Of a stretch of 64,000 nucleotides of DNA, positions 50,080 through 59,017 are shown piece after piece; the stretch's first letter is position 1, and each line of letters begins with the position of its first letter. Below the pieces are notes generated by a model that saw only the letters and a program-made list of their open reading frames with translations, made no database searches and had not been told where the DNA came from. The DNA is from Rhodospirillaceae bacterium (GTDB taxonomy: Bacteria > Pseudomonadota > Alphaproteobacteria > UBA6615). Location of the stretch: NCBI GenBank assembly GCA_002713365.1, contig PASR01000011.1, positions 342,110 to 406,109 of the forward strand, in the 5' to 3' direction. The position numbers and the translations under genes are program-made.

Positions 50080-51906
50080 ATGAATAAAACTTATAAAAAT
50101 AAAAGTAAAAATAATTTTGCTTCGGGTAAAGAATGGAGTGTTATCCGTAAATTATTACCATTTTTGTGGCCTATCGGTCAGTGGGAAATGAAATTTAGAG
50201 TAGTAATAGCGATAATACTCTTGATTTTAGCAAAAATGGCTACTGTTGCAGTTCCTGCAGTTTTTGGAAAAGTAGTAGATCTACTGGATGCTTTAGGATC
50301 TGAAGAAGTGATCTTACCAATAGCACTTCTCATCGGTTATGGCTTACTCAGGGTTGGTCAACAGGGATTTGCAGAATTACGTGATTTTGTATTTGCGAGG
50401 GTGGGGCAAAGAGCTATTCGTCATATAGCACTGATTGTTTTTCGTCATCTGCATAGTTTGGCGTTACATTTCCATTTAGATCGTCAGACTGGGGGTTTGA
50501 GTAGGGCTATAGAGCGCGGAATTAAGGGCATAGATTTTTTACTTCGGTTTATGTTGTTTAACATACTGCCTACTCTTGTAGAAATTACTCTAGTTTGTGG
50601 AATATTATGGTCTTTATTTGGATTCATATTTAGTTTTATTACGCTAATAACTGTAGTTATTTATGTTGCCTTTACTCTTCTATTTACTGAATGGAGGTTA
50701 AAATTTAGGAGAGCTATGAATGAAAGCGATAACGATGCAAACACAAAAGCTATCGATAGCCTACTTAACTATGAGACCGTAAAATATTTTAGTAATGAAG
50801 AGCACGAAGCAAAAAGATATGATGCATCACTGATACGTTATGAAGGAGCGGCTGTAAAAAGTCTTACTACGCTGTCTTTATTAAATGTTGGGCAAGGCAT
50901 AATTATTGCCTTTGGTCTCACTATTCTGCTTATTTTAAGTGCAAAACGGGTCTCTATCGGAGAAATGTCGATTGGCGAGTTTGCTGCCGTAAACTTATAC
51001 ATGATGCAGCTTTTTCAGCCCCTTAATTTTCTAGGCTTTGTATACCGTGAAATACGACAATCTCTAGTAGATATGGAGTATATGTTTGGTTTATTAGAGG
51101 TTGAACGGGAAATAAAAGATAGAACTGAGGCCAAGGATTTATCAGTTAGTCATGGAGAAATACGCTATGAGAACGTTTCTTTCTCCTATGATAAAACTAG
51201 AGCAATACTCAAAGACCTTAACTTTGAGGTTTCCGCCGGCCGAAAGGTGGCCATAGTTGGAGCATCCGGGGCCGGTAAGTCAACTATTTCACGTCTACTA
51301 TTCAGGTTTTACGATGTTGATGCAGGAAAAATAACTATAGATGGGCAAGACATTAGAGATATAACGCAGTCTAGTCTTCGTGCATCGATAGGCATTGTAC
51401 CTCAAGATACAGTTTTATTCAATGATACCATCTATTATAATGTTCAATATGGTAGACCATCTGCTACTCCATCTGAAGTAGAAGAAGCAGCCCGCATGGC
51501 TCATATTCATGACTTTATTATAAGCCTACCAGATGGCTATAACACTAAGGTGGGAGAGCGGGGGCTGAAATTATCAGGCGGAGAAAGGCAAAGAGTTTCT
51601 ATTGCTAGGACAATTCTGAAGCAGCCAATAGTTTTATTATTTGATGAAGCAACATCAGCTCTTGATACAAACACAGAACGAGAAATACAGAAATCATTAG
51701 AGGATGTTTCGGCAGATCGAACTACACTTATAATTGCGCACCGTTTGTCTACAGTTGTTGATGCGGATGAGATATTAGTTCTCGATGGAGGATCAATTAT
51801 TGAGCGTGGTCGTCATGAAGTGTTACTAGCTGCGAAGGGCGAATATGCCTCTCTATGGGCTCGGCAACAAGAGGCTGAAAAACGTAATCTGCATAAGTTA
51901 GGCTAA
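50080..51906 (+). CDS. ABC transporter, fused permease/ATPase, ABCB/Atm1-HMT-type exporter
   Basis: 608 aa. K-rich N-terminus, six-TM domain, Walker A GASGAGKST, signature LSGGERQR, Walker B LLFDEATSALD. Confidence 0.85.
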   Translation: MNKTYKNKSKNNFASGKEWSVIRKLLPFLWPIGQWEMKFRVVIAIILLILAKMATVAVPAVFGKVVDLLDALGSEEVILPIALLIGYGLLRVGQQGFAELRDFVFARVGQRAIRHIALIVFRHLHSLALHFHLDRQTGGLSRAIERGIKGIDFLLRFMLFNILPTLVEITLVCGILWSLFGFIFSFITLITVVIYVAFTLLFTEWRLKFRRAMNESDNDANTKAIDSLLNYETVKYFSNEEHEAKRYDASLIRYEGAAVKSLTTLSLLNVGQGIIIAFGLTILLILSAKRVSIGEMSIGEFAAVNLYMMQLFQPLNFLGFVYREIRQSLVDMEYMFGLLEVEREIKDRTEAKDLSVSHGEIRYENVSFSYDKTRAILKDLNFEVSAGRKVAIVGASGAGKSTISRLLFRFYDVDAGKITIDGQDIRDITQSSLRASIGIVPQDTVLFNDTIYYNVQYGRPSATPSEVEEAARMAHIHDFIISLPDGYNTKVGERGLKLSGGERQRVSIARTILKQPIVLLFDEATSALDTNTEREIQKSLEDVSADRTTLIIAHRLSTVVDADEILVLDGGSIIERGRHEVLLAAKGEYASLWARQQEAEKRNLHKLG

Positions 51907-52045
51907 ATAAGTAATAAAAATTGGCTATTTTAAATATGAATGTAAAATTTAAAATATAGTTTCAACTTATATATTCATTAAGACACATATTATGTGATCA
52001 TATTATACGCACATTTAATACCTTTAGGTATATGCCATAACCGAA

Positions 52046-52987
52046 TTAGGGGATTTCAATAGCATAAGTAGAAACTGGTGGAGTTTTCTTGATAAGATTA
52101 TTTGATTTCAGAAATTCGGCAAACCTCAGGTACCTATTTTTATCTAAAGCTCCTGGGCGCAAGGCAAAACGAGGTAGTGTATCCCTCCAAGCTCTTCTAT
52201 TTAACTCATTATCAAGATCTTTATGATTTTTTATGAAAAGTTTCCACGCTTGATTGGGGTGATTGATAATATATTGGGTGCCCGCCTCTACAGCTTCAAT
52301 AAAATTACGTAAACGCTTGTCATCAAGTTTATCATTTTTAGCGACTAGTATTAGCTCGTCATAAGACGGGATTCCTTCTTCTTCAAGAAATAAGGCGCGT
52401 CCGGGACGACCTAGAATATCCATCTGATTCAGTTCGAAATTTCGGAAAGCACCTATGACGGCATCCACCTGACCACTCATCAGAGAAGGTGATAGAGCAA
52501 AATTAACATTTATTAAGGTAACATCTTTGAGAGTTAATCCATGCTTGGCTAACATAGAGCCGAGCAGTGCGTCTTCAAAGCCTCCGACAGAAAAACCAAT
52601 CTTTTTTCCTTTGAGGTCAGCAATTGATTTAATAGAACTACTTTCCAGAAAAACAATTGAGTTTAATGGAGTAGCAATCAGTGTACCAATTCTTGAAAGA
52701 GGTAATCCCGCATCGATTTGTAAATGCAGTTGCGGTTGATATGACACTGCTATATCAGCTCGTCCTGCTGCCACTAGTTTTGGAGGGTCATTAGGATCGG
52801 CTGGGGCAATTAAATCTACATCAATTTGTCGTTTCGAGAATTCGCCTCGTTCTTGCGCAATAATTAAAGGTCCATGATCTGGGTTTATAAACCAGTCAAG
52901 TAATACAGTCATTTTTTCTGACGCTATAACTTGCGATGATATTGTAATTAGACCAATGCTCATCAATGAGATAATAATTTTTTTCAT
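52046..52987 (-). CDS. thiY: ABC transporter substrate-binding protein, NMT1/THI5-like (putative HMP/thiamine-precursor binding, ThiY-like)
   Basis: 313 aa with a signal peptide and SsuA/NMT1-like fold. Lies in an operon behind a TPP riboswitch. Confidence 0.7.
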   Translation of the reverse strand: MKKIIISLMSIGLITISSQVIASEKMTVLLDWFINPDHGPLIIAQERGEFSKRQIDVDLIAPADPNDPPKLVAAGRADIAVSYQPQLHLQIDAGLPLSRIGTLIATPLNSIVFLESSSIKSIADLKGKKIGFSVGGFEDALLGSMLAKHGLTLKDVTLINVNFALSPSLMSGQVDAVIGAFRNFELNQMDILGRPGRALFLEEEGIPSYDELILVAKNDKLDDKRLRNFIEAVEAGTQYIINHPNQAWKLFIKNHKDLDNELNRRAWRDTLPRFALRPGALDKNRYLRFAEFLKSNNLIKKTPPVSTYAIEIP

Positions 52988-53011
52988 AAAACTGACTCCA
53001 ATAACAGATAT

Positions 53012-53770
53012 TCAGGTTGCATGAGATGGGTCACTTTCGTTTTGCCATGAGATTAACCTACGTAGCAACGAATCAATGGTAAAATAAATAGTGGTGGCCA
53101 CTAAAGCTAGGATAAATAAGGCTGCAAACATTGCGTCTGTTTGAACCTGCCCATTCATCAACAACATATAATAACCAAGACCAGCCGATGAACCGACCCA
53201 TTCTCCAACTACCGCTCCAATTGGTGCTACAGCTGCGGCAACGCGTAAACCTGAAGCAAAAGCAGGCATTGCCGCAGGCAGTCGTATTTGACGCAGTATG
53301 TTGTACTTCGATGCCCTCATTGTTTGAGCTAAATCTAGCCAACCAGTTTCCGTACGTCTTAGTCCGTCGTAGAAAGCTGCGGTAACTGGAAAATAAATAA
53401 TCAGTGTTGCCATAACTACTTTTGGAAGAAGGCCATATCCAAGCCACAAAACAAGTATAGGAGCTAAGGCAAATACTGGGATTGCTTGGGTTACTACCAG
53501 AACCGGTAAAAGCCAAGATCTAGCAGGCCGATAATAAGACATTATTAGAGCACTAATTGCACCAAAAATAGTTCCAAATATTAATCCAAGAAGTATTTCT
53601 ATTATTGTAATCTTTGCGTGCCCCATTAGTATGTCAATACGTTCTACGGTAATTGTTAGTACATCAACAGGAGAAGGTAGAATAAAGGGTGCAACTCCGG
53701 TCAGACTAACTATTAACTGCCAAAGAATAATGATTCCTATGAACACTATTACGGGCCGAATAAATTTCAT
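53012..53770 (-). CDS. thiX: ABC transporter permease (SsuC/TauC/ThiX-like)
   Basis: 252 aa, BPD_transp_1-type permease. Confidence 0.75.
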   Translation of the reverse strand: MKFIRPVIVFIGIIILWQLIVSLTGVAPFILPSPVDVLTITVERIDILMGHAKITIIEILLGLIFGTIFGAISALIMSYYRPARSWLLPVLVVTQAIPVFALAPILVLWLGYGLLPKVVMATLIIYFPVTAAFYDGLRRTETGWLDLAQTMRASKYNILRQIRLPAAMPAFASGLRVAAAVAPIGAVVGEWVGSSAGLGYYMLLMNGQVQTDAMFAALFILALVATTIYFTIDSLLRRLISWQNESDPSHAT

Positions 53771-54576
53771 TAGGTCATGCCTTTTGATGCTGCTTCTGAA
53801 GCATAACTTAACTGATTAAGGATTTCTAAATGAAGGTTTCGAAGCTCTGGTTTGGTGGGATCTCGAGGTGTTTTACCAGGTGGATGAATAACGTTACCAA
53901 GATGTGCTGGTCGGCCTTTTAAGATATGAATATTATGACCAAGCCGAAGTGCTTCTAGTGGGTCATGGGTAACTTGGAGAACTGTACGTCCTTGTAAAAG
54001 TTTTGATGCTAATTCCTGGAGTCGAGACCTTGTAATAGCATCTACTGCTGAGAAAGGCTCATCCATTAATACTACTGGTTTTCCTTCCATTAAAGTACGC
54101 GCTAATGCCACTCGTTGTTTTTCTCCACCTGATAAAGTCCTTGGAAGAGAATCGGAGCGTTGATCTAAACCAACGTCCACTAGAAGTGATTTTATATATG
54201 CATAATCTATTTTTTCTTTTCGAAGTCTATTTCCTAACGAGATGTTTTCGGACACAGATAGCCAGGGTAACAATAAATCTTGCTGGGACATCCAAGAAAT
54301 ATACTGAGTTGGGTTATCCCCATCAGAAGTGGTAACAGTCTCACTATTGTTTATTTCTTCAAGTCCGGCAATCATTCTGAGTAGTGTAGATTTTCCAACG
54401 CCGCTAGGGCCTAAAATGCAAGTCCATTTTGCCGCAACTATATCAGCTGATAGATTTTGGAAAACAATATTATTTTTATAGGCTAAGTTGGCTCCAGTAA
54501 TTTTAAGGCCAATTCTGGGCTTTAAATTAATATCTGAGTAAGTTTTTTTATTTTTTATCAGGTTTTTTTCATACAT
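53770..54576 (-). CDS. thiZ: ABC transporter ATP-binding protein (SsuB/TauB/ThiZ-like)
   Basis: Walker A GPSGVGKST, signature LSGGEKQR, Walker B VVLMDEPFSAVD. Start ATG at 54576 directly downstream of the riboswitch. Confidence 0.85.
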   Translation of the reverse strand: MYEKNLIKNKKTYSDINLKPRIGLKITGANLAYKNNIVFQNLSADIVAAKWTCILGPSGVGKSTLLRMIAGLEEINNSETVTTSDGDNPTQYISWMSQQDLLLPWLSVSENISLGNRLRKEKIDYAYIKSLLVDVGLDQRSDSLPRTLSGGEKQRVALARTLMEGKPVVLMDEPFSAVDAITRSRLQELASKLLQGRTVLQVTHDPLEALRLGHNIHILKGRPAHLGNVIHPPGKTPRDPTKPELRNLHLEILNQLSYASEAASKGMT

Positions 54577-54584
54577 CTCAAGCC

Positions 54585-54680
54585 ACGCATCCCTCCGCCG
54601 GTATTAGCCGGTTCAGGTTCCAGGGGTCGTCTCGACAATCGAGACCTCTCAGCAAGTAAACAGCTCCCCCACGCAGAGAT
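54585..54680 (-). promoter_or_regulatory. TPP (thiamine pyrophosphate) riboswitch, THI element
   Basis: Minus-strand RNA reads ...UGGGGGAGCUG...CUGAGAGG...ACCCCUGGAACCUGAACCGGCUAAUACCGGCGGAGGGA... This matches the conserved THI-box cores (GGGG.GC, CUGAGA, ACCCU..GAACCUGA, CUGG/CCGG-AUAAUACC-GGCG-GAGGGA). It lies immediately 5' of thiZ. Confidence 0.9.
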
Positions 54681-54817
54681 TTATAATATGTGACCGTTAA
54701 TCATAGTTCGTCAATGGTTTCTGGATAATTAAAATATATAAATTATTATAAATAGATCTTGTATACGGCTATAAACTTAAGACAATTAAGAAAAGCGTTA
54801 AATCTATTCGGGGCATA

Positions 54818-55972
54818 ATGCTAAGAAACATGGATAATTGTTCTAAATATAGTCAATCAGTGTTTATGTGTAATGATATATATCGTAGATCCACTTTTGA
54901 TAAGAATCATCCACTTTCTATACCGAGAGTTCCTGCTACGGTAGATCTAATCAAGCAACTTGAATGGTTGCCCGATAATGTTTACTACGAAAGTTCCATA
55001 GCATCCATTGAAGAGCTATTACGGTTTCATGATGCTGATTATATAGAAGCACTTCGACAAGGAGAAAAAGGACAGGGTCTATCAAAAGAAATACGTACAC
55101 TCTATAATCTTGGTAAGATAGAAAGTCCAATTCACGCAACTATGTTTACAAGACCAGCAATATCAGCTGGTGCTATGATAGCCGCAGCAGAAATTTTAAG
55201 TTCTAATATTGCTGATGACAGCCGAAGAACTATTTATAGTCCAGCTAGTGGGAATCATCATGGTAAAAAAAATAGAGCCAGCGGATTCTGTTATCTTAAT
55301 GATATAGTACTTGCTATTCTTCGCTTACTTGATAACGGAATCTCTAAAATTTTCTATATTGATTTTGATGCACATCATGGAGATGGTGTACAAGATGCTT
55401 TTTATGATGAAGAAAAAGTTTTTACATTATCAATCCACGAAGAGGGGCGATGGCCATTTACTGGAGCTTTAGAAGACCGTGCTTGTGGCAGTGCACTAAA
55501 TTTACCAGTGCCGTCTAATTTTAACGATAATGAGATGGATTTAATATTAGATAAAGTAGTTATACCTATAGGTCAAAAATTAAAACCTGAAATAATTATT
55601 ATACAATGTGGGGCAGATTCTTTAGCTGATGATCCTTTAAGTAAATTAAAGCTGACAAATTATTCCCTTTGGAGAGCTGTGCGTTTGTCAGCTACTCTTT
55701 CAAATAAAGTTCTGGTAACGGGTGGTGGAGGATATAATCCGTGGAGCGTTGCTCGATGTTGGGCTGGAGTCTGGGCGACACTGAATAATTATGACATACC
55801 AAGTGAATTGCCTGCAGGAGCAGAAATGGTTCTGCGAAAACTTAAGTGGTCAAGGTCAGCTGGACGTAACCCCCCTGAACATTGGTTTACAACTCTATCT
55901 GATACAAGAAATAACTTACCAATTCGTAATAAAATTAGAAATATTATTAAGACTGTCAATGAGCAATGTTAA
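54818..55972 (+). CDS. Histone deacetylase-family amidohydrolase (AcuC / acetylpolyamine amidohydrolase-like)
   Basis: HDAC catalytic motifs (SGNHHGKK...GFCYLNDI, DFDAHHGDG). The start could be a later ATG. Confidence 0.8.
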   Translation: MLRNMDNCSKYSQSVFMCNDIYRRSTFDKNHPLSIPRVPATVDLIKQLEWLPDNVYYESSIASIEELLRFHDADYIEALRQGEKGQGLSKEIRTLYNLGKIESPIHATMFTRPAISAGAMIAAAEILSSNIADDSRRTIYSPASGNHHGKKNRASGFCYLNDIVLAILRLLDNGISKIFYIDFDAHHGDGVQDAFYDEEKVFTLSIHEEGRWPFTGALEDRACGSALNLPVPSNFNDNEMDLILDKVVIPIGQKLKPEIIIIQCGADSLADDPLSKLKLTNYSLWRAVRLSATLSNKVLVTGGGGYNPWSVARCWAGVWATLNNYDIPSELPAGAEMVLRKLKWSRSAGRNPPEHWFTTLSDTRNNLPIRNKIRNIIKTVNEQC

Positions 55973-56484
55973 CTGGTCTCCTCATGTATATAAATACCTT
56001 ATTAGTATGGACGCAAAGTAGAAAATTACTTTCATTTACTTTAATTGCACTAATGACTCTGCCCATCAGTGGCTTAAGAGGGCAATCAACTATTAATTTT
56101 ACTAAGTCTAAACTTATAATTGAATCAAATCTCAAAAATTACGAATTTAATGTAGATGTTGCTCTGTCGCCATCCCAACAATCACGTGGCTTAATGTTTC
56201 GCTTAAAATTAGATTCAAATGCTGGCATGCTTTTTTTTCACAAACGAGAGAAGGTGGCTAGCATGTGGATGAACAATACATACATTCCTCTTGATATGTT
56301 ATTTATTAATTCTAGTGGAATTATTGTTCATATTTTTTATGGTGCAACTCCACATTCAAAAGATATTATTTCTTATAATTATCCAGTTCGTGCAGTGCTG
56401 GAGTTAGCAGCGGGGGTGGTAAATACTCATGGTATTAAGGTTGGAGATAAAGTAAAAAATGCACTATTTAACAATGCCGATTAG
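55966..56484 (+). CDS. DUF192 (COG1430) protein
   Basis: N-terminal signal/TM segment and the MWMKNTxIPLDMLFI core motif. Confidence 0.7.
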   Translation: MLTGLLMYINTLLVWTQSRKLLSFTLIALMTLPISGLRGQSTINFTKSKLIIESNLKNYEFNVDVALSPSQQSRGLMFRLKLDSNAGMLFFHKREKVASMWMNNTYIPLDMLFINSSGIIVHIFYGATPHSKDIISYNYPVRAVLELAAGVVNTHGIKVGDKVKNALFNNAD

Positions 56485-56659
56485 TAAAATATTTAGATCC
56501 ATGTAGATTTTCACGAAGTTAAATGTATAGATATTAAATCCTTTTTTAAATAATCAATAAGACTCAAAAGGATTAGTAGCTTATAATAATTAAAAAAAAT
56601 ATAATAAATCGTCTATTTAAGTTTGCTCCAGCAAATTAAAACGATTAGAAGGTTTTTAC

Positions 56660-56736
<77 letters not shown>

Positions 56737-56783
56737 ACCCCCCCAATTTATGTGGGGACAATAGTTTTGAGAATGTAGGCAAT

Positions 56784-57089
56784 ATGAAAGCACGTATTTA
56801 TCAACCAGCTAAAACGGCCATGCAATCAGGACGAGCAAAAACTATTGAATGGGTGCTTGAATATGAACCAACTCGTCGACAACAGTTGGACCCTTTGACG
56901 GGTTGGTCTGGGTCTGGTGATACAATGTCGCAATTGCGGCTAACTTTTGAAAATATTACTGATGCTGTTGCTTATGCCACAAAGCATGGAATTGATTACA
57001 GTATTCAGAAGTCACAAGAACGTGTTATTAAGCCTAAAGCATATGCTGATAATTTTGCAGTTTCGCGTAAAATACCTTGGAGCCATTAA
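56784..57089 (+). CDS. NDUFS4-like (ETC complex I 18 kDa subunit family) protein
   Basis: MKARIYQPAKTAMQSGRAKT..WVLEYE matches the conserved NDUFS4 core. The track ORF began at 56676 and overlapped tRNA-Pro; the start was reset to the ATG at 56784. Confidence 0.75.
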   Translation: MKARIYQPAKTAMQSGRAKTIEWVLEYEPTRRQQLDPLTGWSGSGDTMSQLRLTFENITDAVAYATKHGIDYSIQKSQERVIKPKAYADNFAVSRKIPWSH

Positions 57090-57138
57090 TTTACTATTAT
57101 GAGAGCTTAAGCAATATACTTGAGCAGATAGTGATTGG

Positions 57139-57215
<77 letters not shown>

Positions 57216-57766
57216 TACCTTATAAAAGTAGGAAATTGCTTATAAGATAAATTAGTTTTGTAGTGTTTTATTATTTATTTTCAATATTAATAATTCTATA
57301 TGGTCTCTAATTAGTTTTTTATGGAAGTTTGGTTAAATGAAAATAGAAAAATATATTAATACAGAATGTGGGCTTGAAAAATACAATAAATTAAAACTAA
57401 AAACTGGAATTTGGTCATATTTTAGACTTTATTGGTTTTTAGTAGTGGCGGTAATTAGAGACAGGTTTCTCAAAATTTAGCTCAAGGATATAAAGTGCAA
57501 ATTCAGAAAATTATTTTTATGTTTATCATTTTGTATATGCTCGGCGGATGCTCTGCATTACGCACTGTGGTTTGGGTATTAACTTAGTAGGTAAATTGAT
57601 TAGATGTATCAAAAATATTTGAATATGAATTCAAGCATTAAATGATGTTTTTGCAATAATCACATAATTAATACTCAGAGAATGCGATAAAGAATATAAT
57701 ACGTTTATTTATTTGAGCATGTATGGGTAATAAGTGTGTTGCTAGTGAGATTGGAATAAAATACCG

Positions 57767-59017
57767 GTGGTAAAGCAATTATTTTGGGTTTTTGTTGTAC
57801 TTCTAATTGGAGGTGGCGGGTACTTTTTTCTCGAAAGAACCAAACCTAATGATCCTGAGCGTCTTCCTATTGAAAGAGAATGGGCAGTAGATACAACTCG
57901 TGTGCTTAGGACGGATATACAGCCTACATTAAATTTATCAGGTAAAATTGTTGCTGCCAGGGAGGCTGATTTAAGACCTTTTGTGGAAGGCCGAATTATT
58001 GAAATCGGAAATAATTTCTATGAAGGAGGCATAGTATCCCGCGGAGAACTTCTACTTGCCATTGACCCAATTAATTTTGAATCATCTCTAGATGATGCTA
58101 AAGCTGCTTTATTGGAGAATAGGTCGTCCAGAGAAGAAGTTTTGGTTCAAATAAGAAAAAATGTTGCATTGAGTGAATCCTATAAAAAACAAGAAGAGCT
58201 AAGAAAACTAGAACTTGAAAGAAGAGTAAGTTTATCTGGAGAGGGTATTATTTCTAAAAAGGCAAATGATGATTCTAATATTGCCTATCTATCTTCCAGG
58301 CAGATTCGTATTACAAATGATTACGAAACTAAGAGATTAAAGGCTAAGCTTAAAAGATTAGATGCAACAATATTACGTTCAGAAGTAAGAGTTGATATAG
58401 CCAAACGTAACCTAAACGAAACTCTTCTGAAAGCGCCTTTTGATGGTGTGCTTACTGATATATCTATTGCAATTGGTAAGTGGGTAAACACTAGAGATTA
58501 TGTGGCACAGATTATTGATAACGTTAATTTAGAAGTATTGTTTCATATGAGCGATGAACAATATGGACGTATAACATCACTTGGTAAGCTTGCTGGCCGA
58601 CCTGCATCGGTTATCTGGAATTCGGGTATTAATTCTATAAAATTGGAGGCAACCCTAAATAGAGCTGAGGGTGAATTTGATGCTGCATCAGGTGGAGTCT
58701 GGATTTATGCATCTATTCATCCCAATAAAAAACTAAAAGACCTCAGACCAGGAGCTTTTGTACAAACTAAAACACCTGATATTGTATACTCAAATTCTTT
58801 TCGAGTTATAGACACTGCTATTTATTCTGGTGATACAGTATTCCTATATAATAATGGACGTCTTGAGGAACGTGTTGTGAAAATTCTTGCACGTGATGGC
58901 GCGCATTTAATTATTACCGGAAACATCCAAGACGGTGATTTGATTGTTACTACACGAATTCCTGAAGTTGCACCAGGATTGAAGGTTAGAACTAATTCAG
59001 AGTCATCACAATCGTGA
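57767..59017 (+). CDS. RND efflux periplasmic adaptor (membrane fusion protein, HlyD/AcrA family)
   Basis: 416 aa. N-terminal TM segment and coiled-coil hairpin region. GTG start. Overlaps the downstream RND pump gene by 4 nt. Confidence 0.8.
   Translation: MVKQLFWVFVVLLIGGGGYFFLERTKPNDPERLPIEREWAVDTTRVLRTDIQPTLNLSGKIVAAREADLRPFVEGRIIEIGNNFYEGGIVSRGELLLAIDPINFESSLDDAKAALLENRSSREEVLVQIRKNVALSESYKKQEELRKLELERRVSLSGEGIISKKANDDSNIAYLSSRQIRITNDYETKRLKAKLKRLDATILRSEVRVDIAKRNLNETLLKAPFDGVLTDISIAIGKWVNTRDYVAQIIDNVNLEVLFHMSDEQYGRITSLGKLAGRPASVIWNSGINSIKLEATLNRAEGEFDAASGGVWIYASIHPNKKLKDLRPGAFVQTKTPDIVYSNSFRVIDTAIYSGDTVFLYNNGRLEERVVKILARDGAHLIITGNIQDGDLIVTTRIPEVAPGLKVRTNSESSQS

Noticed and set aside
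53073-53516. 147-aa minus-strand ORF and 84-aa plus-strand ORF
   Set aside because: Alternative-frame or antisense ORFs inside the ABC permease gene. Cys/Ser-rich low-complexity translation.
56548-56590. Inverted repeat AATCCTTTT...AAAAGGATT downstream of the DUF192 gene
   Set aside because: 22-nt loop and no U-tract, so an unconvincing terminator.
56737-56760. Possible terminator hairpin after tRNA-Pro (CCCCA-N7-TGGGG)
   Set aside because: Short 5-bp stem with no following U-tract.
57216-57766. Genomic-island boundary at tRNA-Arg
   Set aside because: No direct repeat of the tRNA 3' end seen in the flank and no integrase gene. Kept only as a low-interest finding.
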